Of a DNA stretch of 64,000 bases, positions 47,395 to 59,549 are shown one piece after another. The stretch lies in the NCBI GenBank assembly GCA_963709405.1, contig CAVPXM010000013.1:32001-96000 (forward strand), in the 5' to 3' direction. The stretch comes from an uncultured Nitrososphaerales archaeon. GTDB lineage: Archaea; Thermoproteota; Nitrososphaeria; Nitrososphaerales; Nitrososphaeraceae. Every line of letters starts with the position of its first letter. The first letter of the stretch is position 1. The notes beneath the pieces were generated by a model. That model made no database searches. It had not been told where the DNA came from and was given only the letters and a program-made list of their open reading frames with translations. The position numbers and the translations under genes are program-made.

Positions 47395-47697
47395 TCAAAG
47401 CCAATCCTTATAAGCTGCCAAATACTTGGAATATTTCCTATCAAGTATTGTTACTGTTTCGGCAGCCACTTTGAATTCATCAGTGTGCAATCTAACCACT
47501 GCTAGAACACACAAGCCACTCTTACCTACATCGAAACCGGTCAACAAAAGCTCCTTTTGGTCAATCCTGCATTTGCAGGGAAGTTCTATTACACTCTGGA
47601 GATACTCGCACCAGCACGCCATCTGTTCGTACTCCCCATAGCAGTCAGTTGTCGCATCCTCAGCTATACTTTCTAATTCTCGTTTCGAACCTCTCAA
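47395..47697 (-). CDS. CcbP-like calcium-binding family protein
   Basis: DATTDCYGEYEQ..W..YL...LP and YLAAYKDW pattern. Confidence 0.55.
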   Translation of the reverse strand: MRGSKRELESIAEDATTDCYGEYEQMACWCEYLQSVIELPCKCRIDQKELLLTGFDVGKSGLCVLAVVRLHTDEFKVAAETVTILDRKYSKYLAAYKDWL

Positions 47698-48029
47698 GTC
47701 AGCTAGATATTTTATAAAGGTGAGCTTTAAAAACTTGAATCCTTCATGCCCCTAATTTGACTTCTAAACAGTCAGAATAACAAAATCTGTATAGTATGCT
47801 AGAATTTCGCACGCATATTTAATGGCTCCTTAAATATGGAACTAAAGATGATGAGGATATGTTAACAGTTAAAGGAATAGTCCGTATCACATGATTCTCG
47901 GTTTGGTCCTTCAAGACGTTGGTATCTACACTTCGTCATCTCCAGTATATACAACCAACTTAGCGGCTAATGTTTTCCTTCTCTTTTAATTGGTACTATG
48001 TGCCCATACGTAGACTTGGTGTTTGTAAT

Positions 48030-48260
48030 CAACTGTCAAAAATATCTGAACCAACATTAGCCATAACTGGAACTGAAGACGTTTCTGTGCCTGCGGCTAA
48101 TTCATTAATAATGGTGCAAAATATTCCGGCAGCCTGACTTGTACAGATAAATGGAGGTAGACATGGATTAATGTATCAGTGTCCAGAACAATTCAGTAAA
48201 GTCGTAAAGACCTTTTTGGAAAATCCATTAGACCTCATCGAAAGACTGCTTTCTAATTGA
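48030..48260 (+). pseudogene. Alpha/beta hydrolase C-terminal fragment
   Basis: PTLAITGTEDVSVP...GGRHGLMYQCPEQFSKVVKTFL. Confidence 0.6.
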
Positions 48261-48319
48261 CCTATATAGATTCTCCCGTCTTTTTTAACTATGCAAAATG
48301 GTATTATTGTGACTATATT

Positions 48320-48515
48320 GATATTGCAAGTATCATGCGAATCAATCGAAGGCCCGTTAGACCAGCCTACGATTGACTACGACCTGGAAGCATTAAACTT
48401 GGATATACTTCAAGAGGTTCATCCGAGGTACCAATTATGATAAGTTTTCCATTGATACTAAACCCACCTAATACCGCACTTATTCCTTTCCCTAGAGGTT
48501 TACAAGCAATAGATA
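48320..48515 (-). pseudogene. Zinc alcohol dehydrogenase fragment
   Basis: GKGISAVLGGFSINGKLIIIGTSDEPLEV...GPSIDSHDT. Confidence 0.45.
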
Positions 48516-48599
48516 CGACGTGGAAATGGTTTACTATCCCTCAAGAGTACAAATATATAAGTTAAGTTCAAGCCTTCGTGCCATGCTCGAAGAGAAACT

Positions 48600-49496
48600 T
48601 CAGTTTCTCATAAAAAAAGGATTACTGAGAAAAAGACATCCTAAGTGGATATTTAAGGGCGATCTCCTTAAACTAGGAGAGGAGATCCAGTATAAAATAA
48701 ATATTACTATGGACGAACAGAGAGGACAGACTTCGTATGCGGTCATTGGACCATACGAAGCTGATACAATCACATTGTTAGGATCACCAGAATCAATAGC
48801 GAGTCCATATAGGTAATGGTGTCTAAGACCTTTAGTCATCCTTTTCCATGATTCTCCGTAGTTAAAACTTTCAAAGTAGCCATCGCCAGCTGAAGAGTAT
48901 AAACGTCCAGGCGCCTTAAGATGTGTCAATAGAGTGTGAGTATCAAATGGGCCTTGCTCAACTCTGTCTATCCAGGTTCTACCTCCATCACGACTTTGTA
49001 CTAGTGCTCCTGCTTCTACGGCAACAAAAACATAGTCAATGTTGCTTGCATCTGGTTCGATCCAACGTACATGATGAGTCCAAGGTCTGGGCGGAAAACT
49101 CCATGATGCCGATGATGGTAAATCATTTAGTGCTCCCATTTTTTCCCATGAGTCGCCGCCATCGGTTGAAATGTAAAGCGCACTAGGTTCAGTTCCAACA
49201 TATACTTTATTAAATTTATTTCCATGATCCAGATTGACCGAGACAGACATTATATAAGGACTAGAGATAACGTCTTTTCCAATACTATCCCAGGTTTGGC
49301 CCTGGTCATCAGTCTTCCATAGGCCATTACCAAATGTCCCGCAGTATGCACGATTAGGATTACGGTGATCAAATGCAATGCTTTGTGGGTGAGTTCCTTT
49401 CAAACACTCATGAATGTTGAGTTTCTTTGAAGATTCATGTACAAGGATCGAATCCTGCATTCCTATCATAATGGTCGTCAAATTGTGACCACGCAT
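48600..49496 (-). CDS. BNR/Asp-box beta-propeller protein (glycosyl hydrolase-like), C-terminus probably truncated
   Basis: Repeated S.DGG.SW Asp-boxes; VGTEPSAL, WSFPPRP. Confidence 0.75.
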   Translation of the reverse strand: MRGHNLTTIMIGMQDSILVHESSKKLNIHECLKGTHPQSIAFDHRNPNRAYCGTFGNGLWKTDDQGQTWDSIGKDVISSPYIMSVSVNLDHGNKFNKVYVGTEPSALYISTDGGDSWEKMGALNDLPSSASWSFPPRPWTHHVRWIEPDASNIDYVFVAVEAGALVQSRDGGRTWIDRVEQGPFDTHTLLTHLKAPGRLYSSAGDGYFESFNYGESWKRMTKGLRHHYLYGLAIDSGDPNNVIVSASYGPMTAYEVCPLCSSIVIFILYWISSPSLRRSPLNIHLGCLFLSNPFFMRN

Positions 49497-49965
49497 ATAC
49501 TTATGTCGATGACATGTGGCTGACTTTTCTTATATAGCTTGTATATCTTATTAATGTCGAGGCTCAAGTCTGGCAGAACATATTATTTGAATTGTTGATG
49601 TGAAAGCTCTTTTTTTGAGTCTATATCTTGGTATAGTTCACACCGCAATCTAGATAAAGAAATATTAAATCATCTCGTTGATGTGATTATTCTTGAGACG
49701 CTAGTGATTTTAGCCCCCTGTTCATATCTTCGAACTCACTAATTTGCATAAGCACCAAGATAGTCAGCAAAAACAGTAAGCATAATGAAATAATGAGGCA
49801 ATATAATACGATTGACGTTATTTCTACAATTGCCTTTAATAATGTTGTTTATTATTATCTGATATGACTAAAGATATCATTTATCAATGTAGAATCTGCA
49901 CTATTACTACTACTGCCTGTCCAATCATCATATCTAATATTGTGAAGGATGTCAGTAAATAGGGC

Positions 49966-52851
49966 ATGCGATTACAAGAATATCATAATAAGAGAAATTT
50001 TGAAAAAACCCCTGAGTCATATGACAGAACAAACAAATTTGTTAATGACTATTCTCATCGTTTAAAGTTTGTTGTACAGAAACATGATGCCACAAGATTA
50101 CATTATGATTTTAGATTGGAAACGGAGGATGGCGTGTTAAAATCATGGGCAGTGCCAAAAGGAATTTCTCTAGATCCTAAAGTGAAACGACTTGCGGTAT
50201 TAACTGACGATCATCCGTTAGATTATTTAAACTTTGAAGGTATAATACCTGAAGGAAATTATGGAGCAGGTACTGTAATAGTTTGGGATACCGGTAGCTA
50301 TATTACAGAAGATCCCAAGCAAACCCTTTCTCAACAATTCAGGAGAGGCAAAATCGTTTTTAGTTTATTTGGCAAGAAGTTAACTGGCAAATACATCCTA
50401 GTGAGGACTGCAAGAGAAAATCAATGGCTTTTGATAAAAGGTACCGATGAATTTGTATCTACTGAAGATTTGACTACTAGTAGGCCAGAGTCAATCCTGA
50501 CCAACAGAACAAATGAAGATTTGCAAGCAAATATTAGAAAAAAAACCATGACAAATCATCTTGCTCCTCAAGCATTACAAGGTACAGACAATCAAATAAT
50601 CAATCATGATAATAATAAAAGTGCAAATAGTAGCAATAGTAGTGAAGAAACAAATTCAACACTACGAAAATTATCTATCACGAAAGATTCTGACTTCCCA
50701 GCTAAAATAAAACCCATGCTAGCTACACCTATTGACAAAGCCTTCGATAGTAAGGAATGGGTCTTTGAAATCAAATGGGATGGAGTTCGCGCTATCCTAT
50801 TTCTAAACAAAAAGAACGAGGCAAAGCCATTAATAGAATTATCATCTAGAAGTGGAAACTCTATAACACATAGGTACCCAGAGATAATAGAATCGCTAGA
50901 TTTAACTAATGCTATAACTTGTAAAGGATCAGCTATTTTAGATGGTGAAATTGTTGTATTAAATAATCAAGGCTATCCGGATTTTCAAAGCCATCAGAAA
51001 AGAATGAACATTGAATATAAAAAAGACATAGAACTCCTCTCACGTGAGATTCCAGCAACATACTATTTATTTGATATTCTATACCTTGATGGTAAATACC
51101 TCCAGGATTTAGAGTTCGTAGAAAGAAGAAGAATTCTATCGGATGTTATTCAGACTAATCATAGAATAAAACTCTCAGAAATCTTTGGACAACACGGCAT
51201 ATCACTATATGATAAAATTAAAAGTATAGGTCTTGAAGGTATTATTGCAAAGAAGAAGAGTAGTGTATACTCTCAAGGGACAAGATCTAGAGATTGGTTA
51301 AAAATAAAGAATATAAAAACTCAAGATTGCGTAGTAATAGGCTATACTAAAGGAGAAGGAAATAGAGAGAAATATTTTGGCTCACTACTGCTCGCTCCAT
51401 ATGATACTGATGCACACGAGCAAAGATTTGTAGGTCATACAGGAAGTGGATTTAACTTCGAACAACTTGATAATATATATATAAAGCTAAAAGAAATGAG
51501 TAGAGACAAATGTCCTATCAGATATGTACCATACACTAATCGAGATCCAATCTGGATCAGACCTGAGCTTGTTGCAGAAATAAAGTATAGCAATTGGACA
51601 AATGAAAAGATTATGAGAGCACCTATTTTTCTTAGGTTTAGAGATGATAAAAAGCCAGAGGAATGCACAATAGAAGGCGAACGACATGTTGAAGAACTTG
51701 TTGTTGTTGCTAATCCAGAGGAGAAGCTGAAAAAGGGAGTTGAGCAAAAAGCGACAATAAGAGCAATGATTAAGGATGTACAAAAGAAGCAGAAAAGAAT
51801 ATCCTCATCCTCTTTATCATCCTCAATATCAAATGACAGATTCTCTAATCTTGACAAAATCTTCTGGCCAAAAACTAAGGAGCATCCGGAATTAACAAAA
51901 AGAGATTTGATTGAATATTATAACAAGATCAGTAGATATATTCTTCCACATCTTAAAAATAGACCTCTATCGTTAAGTAGATATCCTGATGGCATTACAG
52001 GCAAACATTTTTACGATAAGAATTGGGATAAAGAAAAACCGTCATACGTGGAGACAATAAAAGTATATTCAACGTCAACCGATAATATTATAAACTATCT
52101 AATCTGCAACAATAATGATACGTTAGTATGGATAGCTAATTTAGGAAGTATTGAAATGCATCCCTGGTATAGCAGAGTGAACGACTATAATGCATGCAGC
52201 AAAGGAATAAATCAAGACGACTTGACAGTATTAGATGAAGAAAAGTGTGGGTTAGGATTTCCTGACTTTATCGTCTTTGATCTGGATCCCTACATCTATT
52301 CAGGATTTGAACAAAAAGGGATTGGATCTTCTGCAACAGAACCAGAATACAACATCAAAGGCTTCAAAGCAGCTGTGGATATAGCATTTCATCTGAAAGA
52401 TCTATTTGATCAGTTAAAGATCAGAACATACATAAAAACGTCTGGAAAAACCGGTCTCCATATCTATGTGCCAATTGAAGCATCTTCTTATACTTATAAA
52501 CAGACTAGAAGCTTTGCAGAAATCATCGGTGCTTTGCTGTTAAGAAGATATTCTGAGAAAATTACAATGCAATGGAATACAACACAAAGAAAAGGAAAAG
52601 TTTTCTTTGATCATAATCAGAATTCAAAAGGAAAAACAATAGCATCAGTCTTTTCAGCTAGACCCACTACGTCAGCAACTGTATCTATGCCTGTAAGATG
52701 GGATAAATTAAATGACATATATCCTACTGATTTTACTATACGGAATGTATCTGAGATTATAAATACGTCTACATATGTAGATACTTGGCAGGATATATTC
52801 AAAAATAAACAAGATATAATCAGAATATTGGAAGATATAAACCTAGATTAG
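49966..52851 (+). CDS. ligD: Multidomain NHEJ ligase LigD (phosphoesterase-ligase-polymerase)
   Basis: VVQKHDATRLHYDFRLE; EIKWDG, LDGE, EGIIAK, WLKIK; RYPDG, FDLDP, KTSGKTGLH. Confidence 0.95.
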   Translation: MRLQEYHNKRNFEKTPESYDRTNKFVNDYSHRLKFVVQKHDATRLHYDFRLETEDGVLKSWAVPKGISLDPKVKRLAVLTDDHPLDYLNFEGIIPEGNYGAGTVIVWDTGSYITEDPKQTLSQQFRRGKIVFSLFGKKLTGKYILVRTARENQWLLIKGTDEFVSTEDLTTSRPESILTNRTNEDLQANIRKKTMTNHLAPQALQGTDNQIINHDNNKSANSSNSSEETNSTLRKLSITKDSDFPAKIKPMLATPIDKAFDSKEWVFEIKWDGVRAILFLNKKNEAKPLIELSSRSGNSITHRYPEIIESLDLTNAITCKGSAILDGEIVVLNNQGYPDFQSHQKRMNIEYKKDIELLSREIPATYYLFDILYLDGKYLQDLEFVERRRILSDVIQTNHRIKLSEIFGQHGISLYDKIKSIGLEGIIAKKKSSVYSQGTRSRDWLKIKNIKTQDCVVIGYTKGEGNREKYFGSLLLAPYDTDAHEQRFVGHTGSGFNFEQLDNIYIKLKEMSRDKCPIRYVPYTNRDPIWIRPELVAEIKYSNWTNEKIMRAPIFLRFRDDKKPEECTIEGERHVEELVVVANPEEKLKKGVEQKATIRAMIKDVQKKQKRISSSSLSSSISNDRFSNLDKIFWPKTKEHPELTKRDLIEYYNKISRYILPHLKNRPLSLSRYPDGITGKHFYDKNWDKEKPSYVETIKVYSTSTDNIINYLICNNNDTLVWIANLGSIEMHPWYSRVNDYNACSKGINQDDLTVLDEEKCGLGFPDFIVFDLDPYIYSGFEQKGIGSSATEPEYNIKGFKAAVDIAFHLKDLFDQLKIRTYIKTSGKTGLHIYVPIEASSYTYKQTRSFAEIIGALLLRRYSEKITMQWNTTQRKGKVFFDHNQNSKGKTIASVFSARPTTSATVSMPVRWDKLNDIYPTDFTIRNVSEIINTSTYVDTWQDIFKNKQDIIRILEDINLD

Positions 52852-53506
52852 GTTAAGATAGATTAAATATAAAACTTTTCTCTAGCGGCATGTTCAATTC
52901 CTATTGCTTTGTCTTTAACATCTTCTAATTTTTCCTTGACCTTTTTAGCGATATCAGTCATGTCTATCTATATGTTTTATAAAATATTAAGGTAGTAGAT
53001 TTTGTATCTCTTCTTTTTGGCTATTACTTAATATCCGATGTTTAAAATACTATATCTGATGGCTGAGATTCTCAAAATACAAACAAAAGTTTAAACCTTA
53101 ACAACGTGAATGCTATAATTCATTACCGCCAATTATTAATATTGTAGCTTTCGGTAGCGGATAATCATATAACAGAATAAATTTGAGTATAATGATATCT
53201 CAAATATGATATGCTACTCAATCTTATAGTACCACATTCTCATATATTATCTTATAACATTAAATAAGCAATTTTCGTGTAGTTGTAATTAGCTGCATGG
53301 AGTGGGAAGATTCTTCGCATGGAATTTACAGTAAGTCTTATTTTGCCAATGCCATGCTTGTTAATACTAAATATATTACATTATTTGCAGCCTGAAACCT
53401 TTATCACCTTTAAATTAAAGATGTGAGTCTCTAAATAGGTTAGTATTCATGGCCAGCTCATCGATAAGTAATTAACCTGATCAACCAATAGTGATACAAT
53501 AAGAAA

Positions 53507-53662
53507 ATGGTAGACAAACCTATAAAAGAAGAAACTCCGGAACAACGGAGACAACGTTTTTTGTTAGAATTTGAAAATCCATTCAAATGTGAAAAATGTA
53601 ATCAGAGATTCAAGAAGAAAAAATATTTAATAGAACATAAAAATGAAGTCCATTCTTATTAA
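53507..53662 (+). CDS. Small C2H2 zinc-finger protein (51 aa; not in ORF track)
   Basis: FKCEKCNQRFKKKKYLIEHKNEVH. Confidence 0.75.
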   Translation: MVDKPIKEETPEQRRQRFLLEFENPFKCEKCNQRFKKKKYLIEHKNEVHSY

Positions 53663-54452
53663 AACCAAGACAGGAAGTATCCAGTGGAGTCAGACCATAT
53701 GTTACTTGAATGGTATAGAAATGTGCGTACTCCTCTATATATCTCTCAGGGAGATAAAGTAAAAGCAGGCATAATAGCCATGATGAACAAGTCCGAGAAA
53801 AAAGTGCAGCAGTTATAGTAGATTAGCTCGTGACTAAAACCAAGGAAGCTACCGGTAAGACTTTTACTGGAAAGCAAATGCTAAACCAATATATTTACCC
53901 GCTACATACCCAGGGTCTAATTGATGTAGATAAGAGCATAATAAATGGAAACTATATCATATGCTATTCACCCAATCCGTCATTAACAAACTTAAATTCC
54001 TTGTGCAACGAAAAGTCCGTTAATTTTCAAAAATAAGGATGAATGATAAAAAACAATGATATCTTTACTTTAGAGAATATGCAATATCACAGAATAAATT
54101 AATGCTAACAGAATTATGTGTCTATTAATGTGCGAGAATTAAGTGAATTCAATCCAATATTTAGCAAAAAGCCAAATAAAATGCTAGATCATGCATTAAG
54201 ATCAAAGAGTCTCGTAGAATAGTATTGACTCGGTCATAATGTTCAGTTGAAACGGATTTAACAGACTCATCAATACCATTCCTATTGCTTTTTTGCTGAT
54301 TGATACCCATATAAAATGCTCTCGCTGGTCATATTTGGTGATAGTATACAAATCCAACTTAATGTGGTCATTATACTGAATAGCTCACTTAACATCTTCT
54401 ATCAATAAGTAATCTTATGAATCAGTCATTTATTGCAGATCCTACTAGTTCT

Positions 54453-55223
54453 TTATTCTGATATCAATCTTTGTAGATCCAAATAAGCTTCCTTGGTAAT
54501 CTCACCTTTTGCTAATCGTATCTTTAGTATCTGTTTTGGATCGTTTTCAGTGGATGTCCCTCTTAATCTTGATCTCGTCAATCCTGCAGCAAGGGCTGAT
54601 ATAAAGGAGCTAGTAATTCCAATACCAACAAGCATGATAATACCTCCCACTATTCTCCCTGCATAAGTATTAGCGTTCGGTCCAAATGTAGCAGTTGATG
54701 TAGTTTGGATTGTCCACCAAAGAGCATCACCCATAGTTCTTATTTGAGAATTCTCTGAGGTATGTTCAGCAGAATAGAATAAAAATGCCAATATGGTCAG
54801 AGTCAAAAAGAAGATTATGAATATTTGTAATACTACGTGTCCTCCAAGAATTCTAGACTTTTCCTCCAAAGAGCGTGATAGTTTAATCACATATATTGTT
54901 GCTAATACTCTCAACATCACTCCTACTGTAATGAATCCATCAGAAATAGCAGAGCTCTGAGCAGCCAATGCAAAAATTACTATCGGTATCATTCCGGGAA
55001 TTTCATATCAATTATTGAACAAATATCTCCTCCATTGCTTAGATTCCTTTATTCTTCTGCAAAAACTAAATGCGATTAGTGCAACAACCAATGTGTCAAA
55101 AGAATAAATACCAATGCTTCCAGCACCTGTTGGCAACACTTGAAACGCAGCAATGAGCACAATTATATCTGCGAGACTAAGAAGAGCAATTAGAATGTCA
55201 CCTCTTTTCCTTCTCATGGCCAC
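54453..55223 (-). CDS. Potassium-channel-like protein with C-terminal SHOCT domain; frameshift near 55000
   Basis: DALWWTIQTTSTATFG..GRIVG pore region; LKIRLAKGEITKEAY. Confidence 0.75.
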
Positions 55224-55768
55224 TTAAGCGTATTGAAAGTAATAAATCTTGTTCTAGCCACAAGTAATATCTCAAATGCAGTGTATGATTACAATAGCTT
55301 TTCTATCTCGAAAATCTTTAATTGCGAAATTTCTTTACTGAATTTTTTTTATCTTCTATGAATTCTATATCCTATTACTGACTTCAAATGATTTTTAAAT
55401 TGCATCTAATATCTTTAATATCATCAGAAGCTTGAATTAACTTTGCACAATTAAAATAAGTTAGATACTATTTTAACCTTGAAGCCTTATGTGATGATGG
55501 TAGAATCTGATAGGTAGTAGTTGATATTCAAAATGGTTTCATAGCTAAACGTGACCTTACGATCAGTTCGGTATGAATATATCAATATATAATCAGGGCC
55601 TGCCAAGATGATCATGGAGATAGGAGAAATCTTTCGAGGACATGTATGATTTGTTTCACAGAATCATATTTAGAGAACAAAGGACTATGAAGACCAATGA
55701 CAGATATTGTCGATAGAGATTGATAAACGTCGATAATTTGAGGTATGTCAAAACTTAAACTAGACTAA

Positions 55769-55830
55769 GAACCTATCCCAAAAATAGATAGACATATAGC
55801 TTGAGAAGTTTTTTGTACTAAGCTTGTTGA
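55769..55830 (+). mobile_element. IS5-family left-end remnant
   Basis: TAA followed by GAACCTATCCCAAAA, matching the IR of 12593-13584. Confidence 0.6.
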
Positions 55831-56159
55831 AGTAAGGATTGTATTCATTATTGTTTGATCGTCTATTATGTTAACTATTCTTTCTATTTTTGTTTCTTTG
55901 TTTATCCTTTTTTGTTTTTGTTGTCGATTTAATACATCCGTAAGGCGAGCCGTTCTATTAGGTATTTCTTATAAGAAAACATGATAGAAAAACATAGAGT
56001 ATCTGAAGATAGAATATAGGTATTTGAAGATCACCATCCTTGCGAGAGAATATGATTGTCATCATTGTTTCTTATAGGTAGAACGTTCCATTTTATTTGC
56101 TTTATCAGAAATTCATTGGTAAATACAGGTAAGTCAGGTAGATAATTTCTTAATTTCCC

Positions 56160-56750
56160 TCAGTTAGGACCTAATCGTGATCTTACTATTTCTACCAAAT
56201 TTTGTACCTCAATTGGTTTTTTTATGAAACAGTCAACTTCTAATTTTGGACACAACCTCTTGAAATCGCTAATGTACTCTTCATATGCCGTAATGAAACA
56301 GACCTGAGTTTTATTATCCATGCTTTTAATTTTTTCATATAATTCGAAACCAGTCATATTTGGCATCTTCACATCTAGTAATAGTAAATTATATGTACCG
56401 GCCTTGTAATTAGATAGAACCAATAAAGGATCATTAAATGCATCTACGGCAAATCCATTTTGCTCCAGGATAAGTTTAAACAACCTTGTGATATCCGGCT
56501 CATCATCTACTATAAGAATCCTATACTGGATGTCGGAAGGTAGTGTTGATCCTATCTTGACATAAGATGTTGCATCATCTTCTTTAAACTTTTGTTTATG
56601 CTTCCCATTAATATAAGATAGCTCATGTTGTCGTATATTAGAGAGGCTTGGGCGATTTGGTTGTTCTGGTTGTTTTAAAGATAATGATACAAATAATAAT
56701 AGCAAAGATTGAACCCGATTAATGAAAAATAAATGAATAGTCTTTATCAT
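56160..56750 (-). CDS. Response regulator receiver protein (start uncertain)
   Basis: ILIVDDE, LLDVKMP, FITA, IKKP. Confidence 0.85.
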   Translation of the reverse strand: MIKTIHLFFINRVQSLLLLFVSLSLKQPEQPNRPSLSNIRQHELSYINGKHKQKFKEDDATSYVKIGSTLPSDIQYRILIVDDEPDITRLFKLILEQNGFAVDAFNDPLLVLSNYKAGTYNLLLLDVKMPNMTGFELYEKIKSMDNKTQVCFITAYEEYISDFKRLCPKLEVDCFIKKPIEVQNLVEIVRSRLGPN

Positions 56751-57004
56751 TATATAAATTTATTATATACCAAAGTATTTAGGCGTAGTGCTTTTATAAT
56801 AACGTCGAAAATAGATTCTTGTTAATACAAGATGAGATTTATTTCAAACATGTTGCTCATACTCATGCAATTCATTATGATCCTGAATTTTCCCTTTTGT
56901 CATTTAATTATTATTTTAACTATCTTGCCATAGTCTATTGGTGATCGATCCACTCCACAGATCTATAATCTATTTATTATCTAGTATGTACGTCCATATT
57001 AGAA

Positions 57005-58105
57005 TTGATCACGAGACAAGATATTATAAATATTATTAATAAGTATGACTCAAAACACATCACTGTTGGAGCTATAGGTAGTCATTCTGCATTAGAGATT
57101 ATGGATGGTGCTAAAGACGAAAATATGAAAACATTGTGCATTTGTGAAAAAGGGCGAGATCTCCCGTATAAACGGTTTAAACGGATAACTGATGAAATCG
57201 TTTTACTGAATAAATTCTCTGATATTATGAGTGAGGAGAATCAAAGGAGATTGATACAATCAAATACAATTATTATTGCGCATAGAGCATTTACTGCGTA
57301 TCTAGGTTATGATAACATAGAAACTAAATTATCTGTACCAATATTTGGAAATAGAAGCCTCTTACGTGCTGAAGAACGTAATGCTCATAGGAATCAATAT
57401 TATCTCCTTGAAAAAGCTAGAATTAGATACCCCCGAATATATCGTAATGCGTCTGATATCGATGGATTAGCAGTGGTTAAAGTCCAGGAAGCAAAACGAA
57501 GATTAGAACGAGCATTTTTCTTGGTTTCATCATATGAGGATTTCAAAAGAAAAACTAAGATTAGGATTGAAAAGGGACTAATCACTGAGGAAGACGTTAA
57601 TTCTGCAATTATTGAAGAATATATAATTGGTACACATTTTAATTTTAATTTTTTTAGTTCTCCATTAAAGGAAGAAACTGAATTTCTAGGCATCGAAAGG
57701 AGATTACAAACCAATATTAATGATTTTACTACCCTATTGCCAGCTAGACAACAAATGGAAATTGAAATCGAGCCTCAAAATATCGAGGTGGGACACACCC
57801 CAGCAAGTATTCGCGAATCATTATTAGAAAAAGTATTCGAAATAGGCGATAGATTTACTGCTTCTGTGAAACAAGAATATCCTCCAGGGATAATTGGGCC
57901 GTTTTCTTTGCAAAGTATAGTAACATTAGAACTTGACTTAGCAGTTTATGATGTCTCATTAAGAGTTCCAGGAAACCCTATAATGGCAACCACAAGTCCA
58001 TACACAAAATATTATTATGGCAATACAATAGGCGTGGGACGAAGAATTGCGATGGAAATAAAAAATGCGATAACAGAAGGAAGGCTTGAAGAAATTGTAA
58101 CCTAA
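57005..58105 (+). CDS. purP: PurP-family formate-phosphoribosylaminoimidazolecarboxamide ligase
   Basis: GSHSALEI..GAKDE, RLERAFF, EVGHTPASIRESLL, GRRIAMEIK. Confidence 0.88.
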   Translation: MITRQDIINIINKYDSKHITVGAIGSHSALEIMDGAKDENMKTLCICEKGRDLPYKRFKRITDEIVLLNKFSDIMSEENQRRLIQSNTIIIAHRAFTAYLGYDNIETKLSVPIFGNRSLLRAEERNAHRNQYYLLEKARIRYPRIYRNASDIDGLAVVKVQEAKRRLERAFFLVSSYEDFKRKTKIRIEKGLITEEDVNSAIIEEYIIGTHFNFNFFSSPLKEETEFLGIERRLQTNINDFTTLLPARQQMEIEIEPQNIEVGHTPASIRESLLEKVFEIGDRFTASVKQEYPPGIIGPFSLQSIVTLELDLAVYDVSLRVPGNPIMATTSPYTKYYYGNTIGVGRRIAMEIKNAITEGRLEEIVT

Positions 58106-58110
58106 ATTTG

Positions 58111-58542
58111 TCATCGTTCTATTGGCTCTTCAAATAAATTCTTTCGTATCTTTATTGGTACATCATAGTAAGCAGCTAATGCAATAGAGTCTGAAGCGCG
58201 ATAATTTCGCAATACTAGATAATCTTTCCTTCCTTTGAAATATAAGTTTGCCCGTAAGACCGAGCCGCTTTGATACACTTTTACTTCAGTTAGAAGAAGA
58301 TCTTGCATAACTGCTATCTCTTCTACCAGATTATAGATTGTAGGTATTGTATTCTTATCGCCTTCTTGAAACCTTGAAATATGTCTGGCAACTTCACCAG
58401 AAAATGCACGCATCGGAAATTCTCTTCCTTCAAACGTTTTTAAGATGACAATACCTTCTAGCCCTAGTTGATCTGCAAAACCAACATAACTTATTTTCAC
58501 CAATACATACTCTTCATCTTCTTCTGGATAGCTGCCAGGCAT
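58111..58542 (-). CDS. Bifunctional nuclease (DUF151) family protein
   Basis: PTIYNL...RASDSIALA..YDVPI. Confidence 0.8.
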   Translation of the reverse strand: MPGSYPEEDEEYVLVKISYVGFADQLGLEGIVILKTFEGREFPMRAFSGEVARHISRFQEGDKNTIPTIYNLVEEIAVMQDLLLTEVKVYQSGSVLRANLYFKGRKDYLVLRNYRASDSIALAAYYDVPIKIRKNLFEEPIER

Positions 58543-59228
58543 TACAACTGATTATACATTGCTTGGAATTAAAGGTTCTAGTTTATTATACGCTTGTGCT
58601 CCTTATCTTATTAGAATCGTTAACTCTTGAATTAAGATTAAAAACTATACAGTCCATCCTATTCCAGTATTCTTGAATAATTCACCTTCATATTGCTGGA
58701 TTTGGTAAAATAGAAGAGTGATCAGATGAGTCCGCCGAATAACAACAATACTAGCAGGCCCTACTATAGTTAAAACGATGGCTATTCTCGGTTATAGTGT
58801 ACGCTGATCATATTCAGTCTCAGTCAGGCCATTATATCATTCCCTAGTTACTGGTTTGGTTAAGTTTTGTGTATCATACCTTACAGCTGCCCTCCACCCT
58901 AATAATTATAAATCTAATAATTATAAAACTAGTTAGGATAGGTATCAGATATCTAGAACATAGACTATATCCTTTGTCTACAGAGACGTTACCAGAAAAT
59001 AGATTCATAAAAGGAGCGTCTATTTTTCTGAGATTGAGAAAACTTGAACTTGTCTTGTTTTGAGCCGCCATACATAATTAAATGAAATAATATACTTGCG
59101 CTAGTAAATCCTTTTTATAATGGTCATAGAAATAGCGAAGTTCGATTAAAGTGAATATTACTATATATTAAAATATGAAAGTGTAATTGTAGAGCTTCAA
59201 TGAGTAGTCAAAACTTTATTAGAAGATC

Positions 59229-59549
59229 CTAGGATCCTACCCTTTTCATCTTTGAACCACATCTAGGACATGCAGCTTGATTGTGTTTTGTTCCACAGCT
59301 CATACAATAATAGCTTAGGGAACTGCCACCACTACCATATCCACCAAACATCGAAGAACCAGACAAGCCCATCTTTTTCAATGCTCTTTTTCTCATGTAA
59401 AAGCTAAGTAGTATAAATACTGCGATGATGATCGGTAATGAGAATGGAAATGGTATAAATAACGATATAGCAAGACTGATTCCAAGTGATATAGCTATCC
59501 ATAATAGCTGTTGTGAAAGAAAGTCTCTATTGTTACTCAATTCATTCAA
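59229..59549 (-). CDS. Membrane protein with C-terminal zinc ribbon
   Basis: Two TM helices plus CMSC...CPRCG. Confidence 0.7.
   Translation of the reverse strand: MNELSNNRDFLSQQLLWIAISLGISLAISLFIPFPFSLPIIIAVFILLSFYMRKRALKKMGLSGSSMFGGYGSGGSSLSYYCMSCGTKHNQAACPRCGSKMKRVGS

Noticed and set aside
53680-54036. Possible C-terminal remnant of a mobile-element replication protein
   Set aside because: Fragmentary, with no diagnostic motif.
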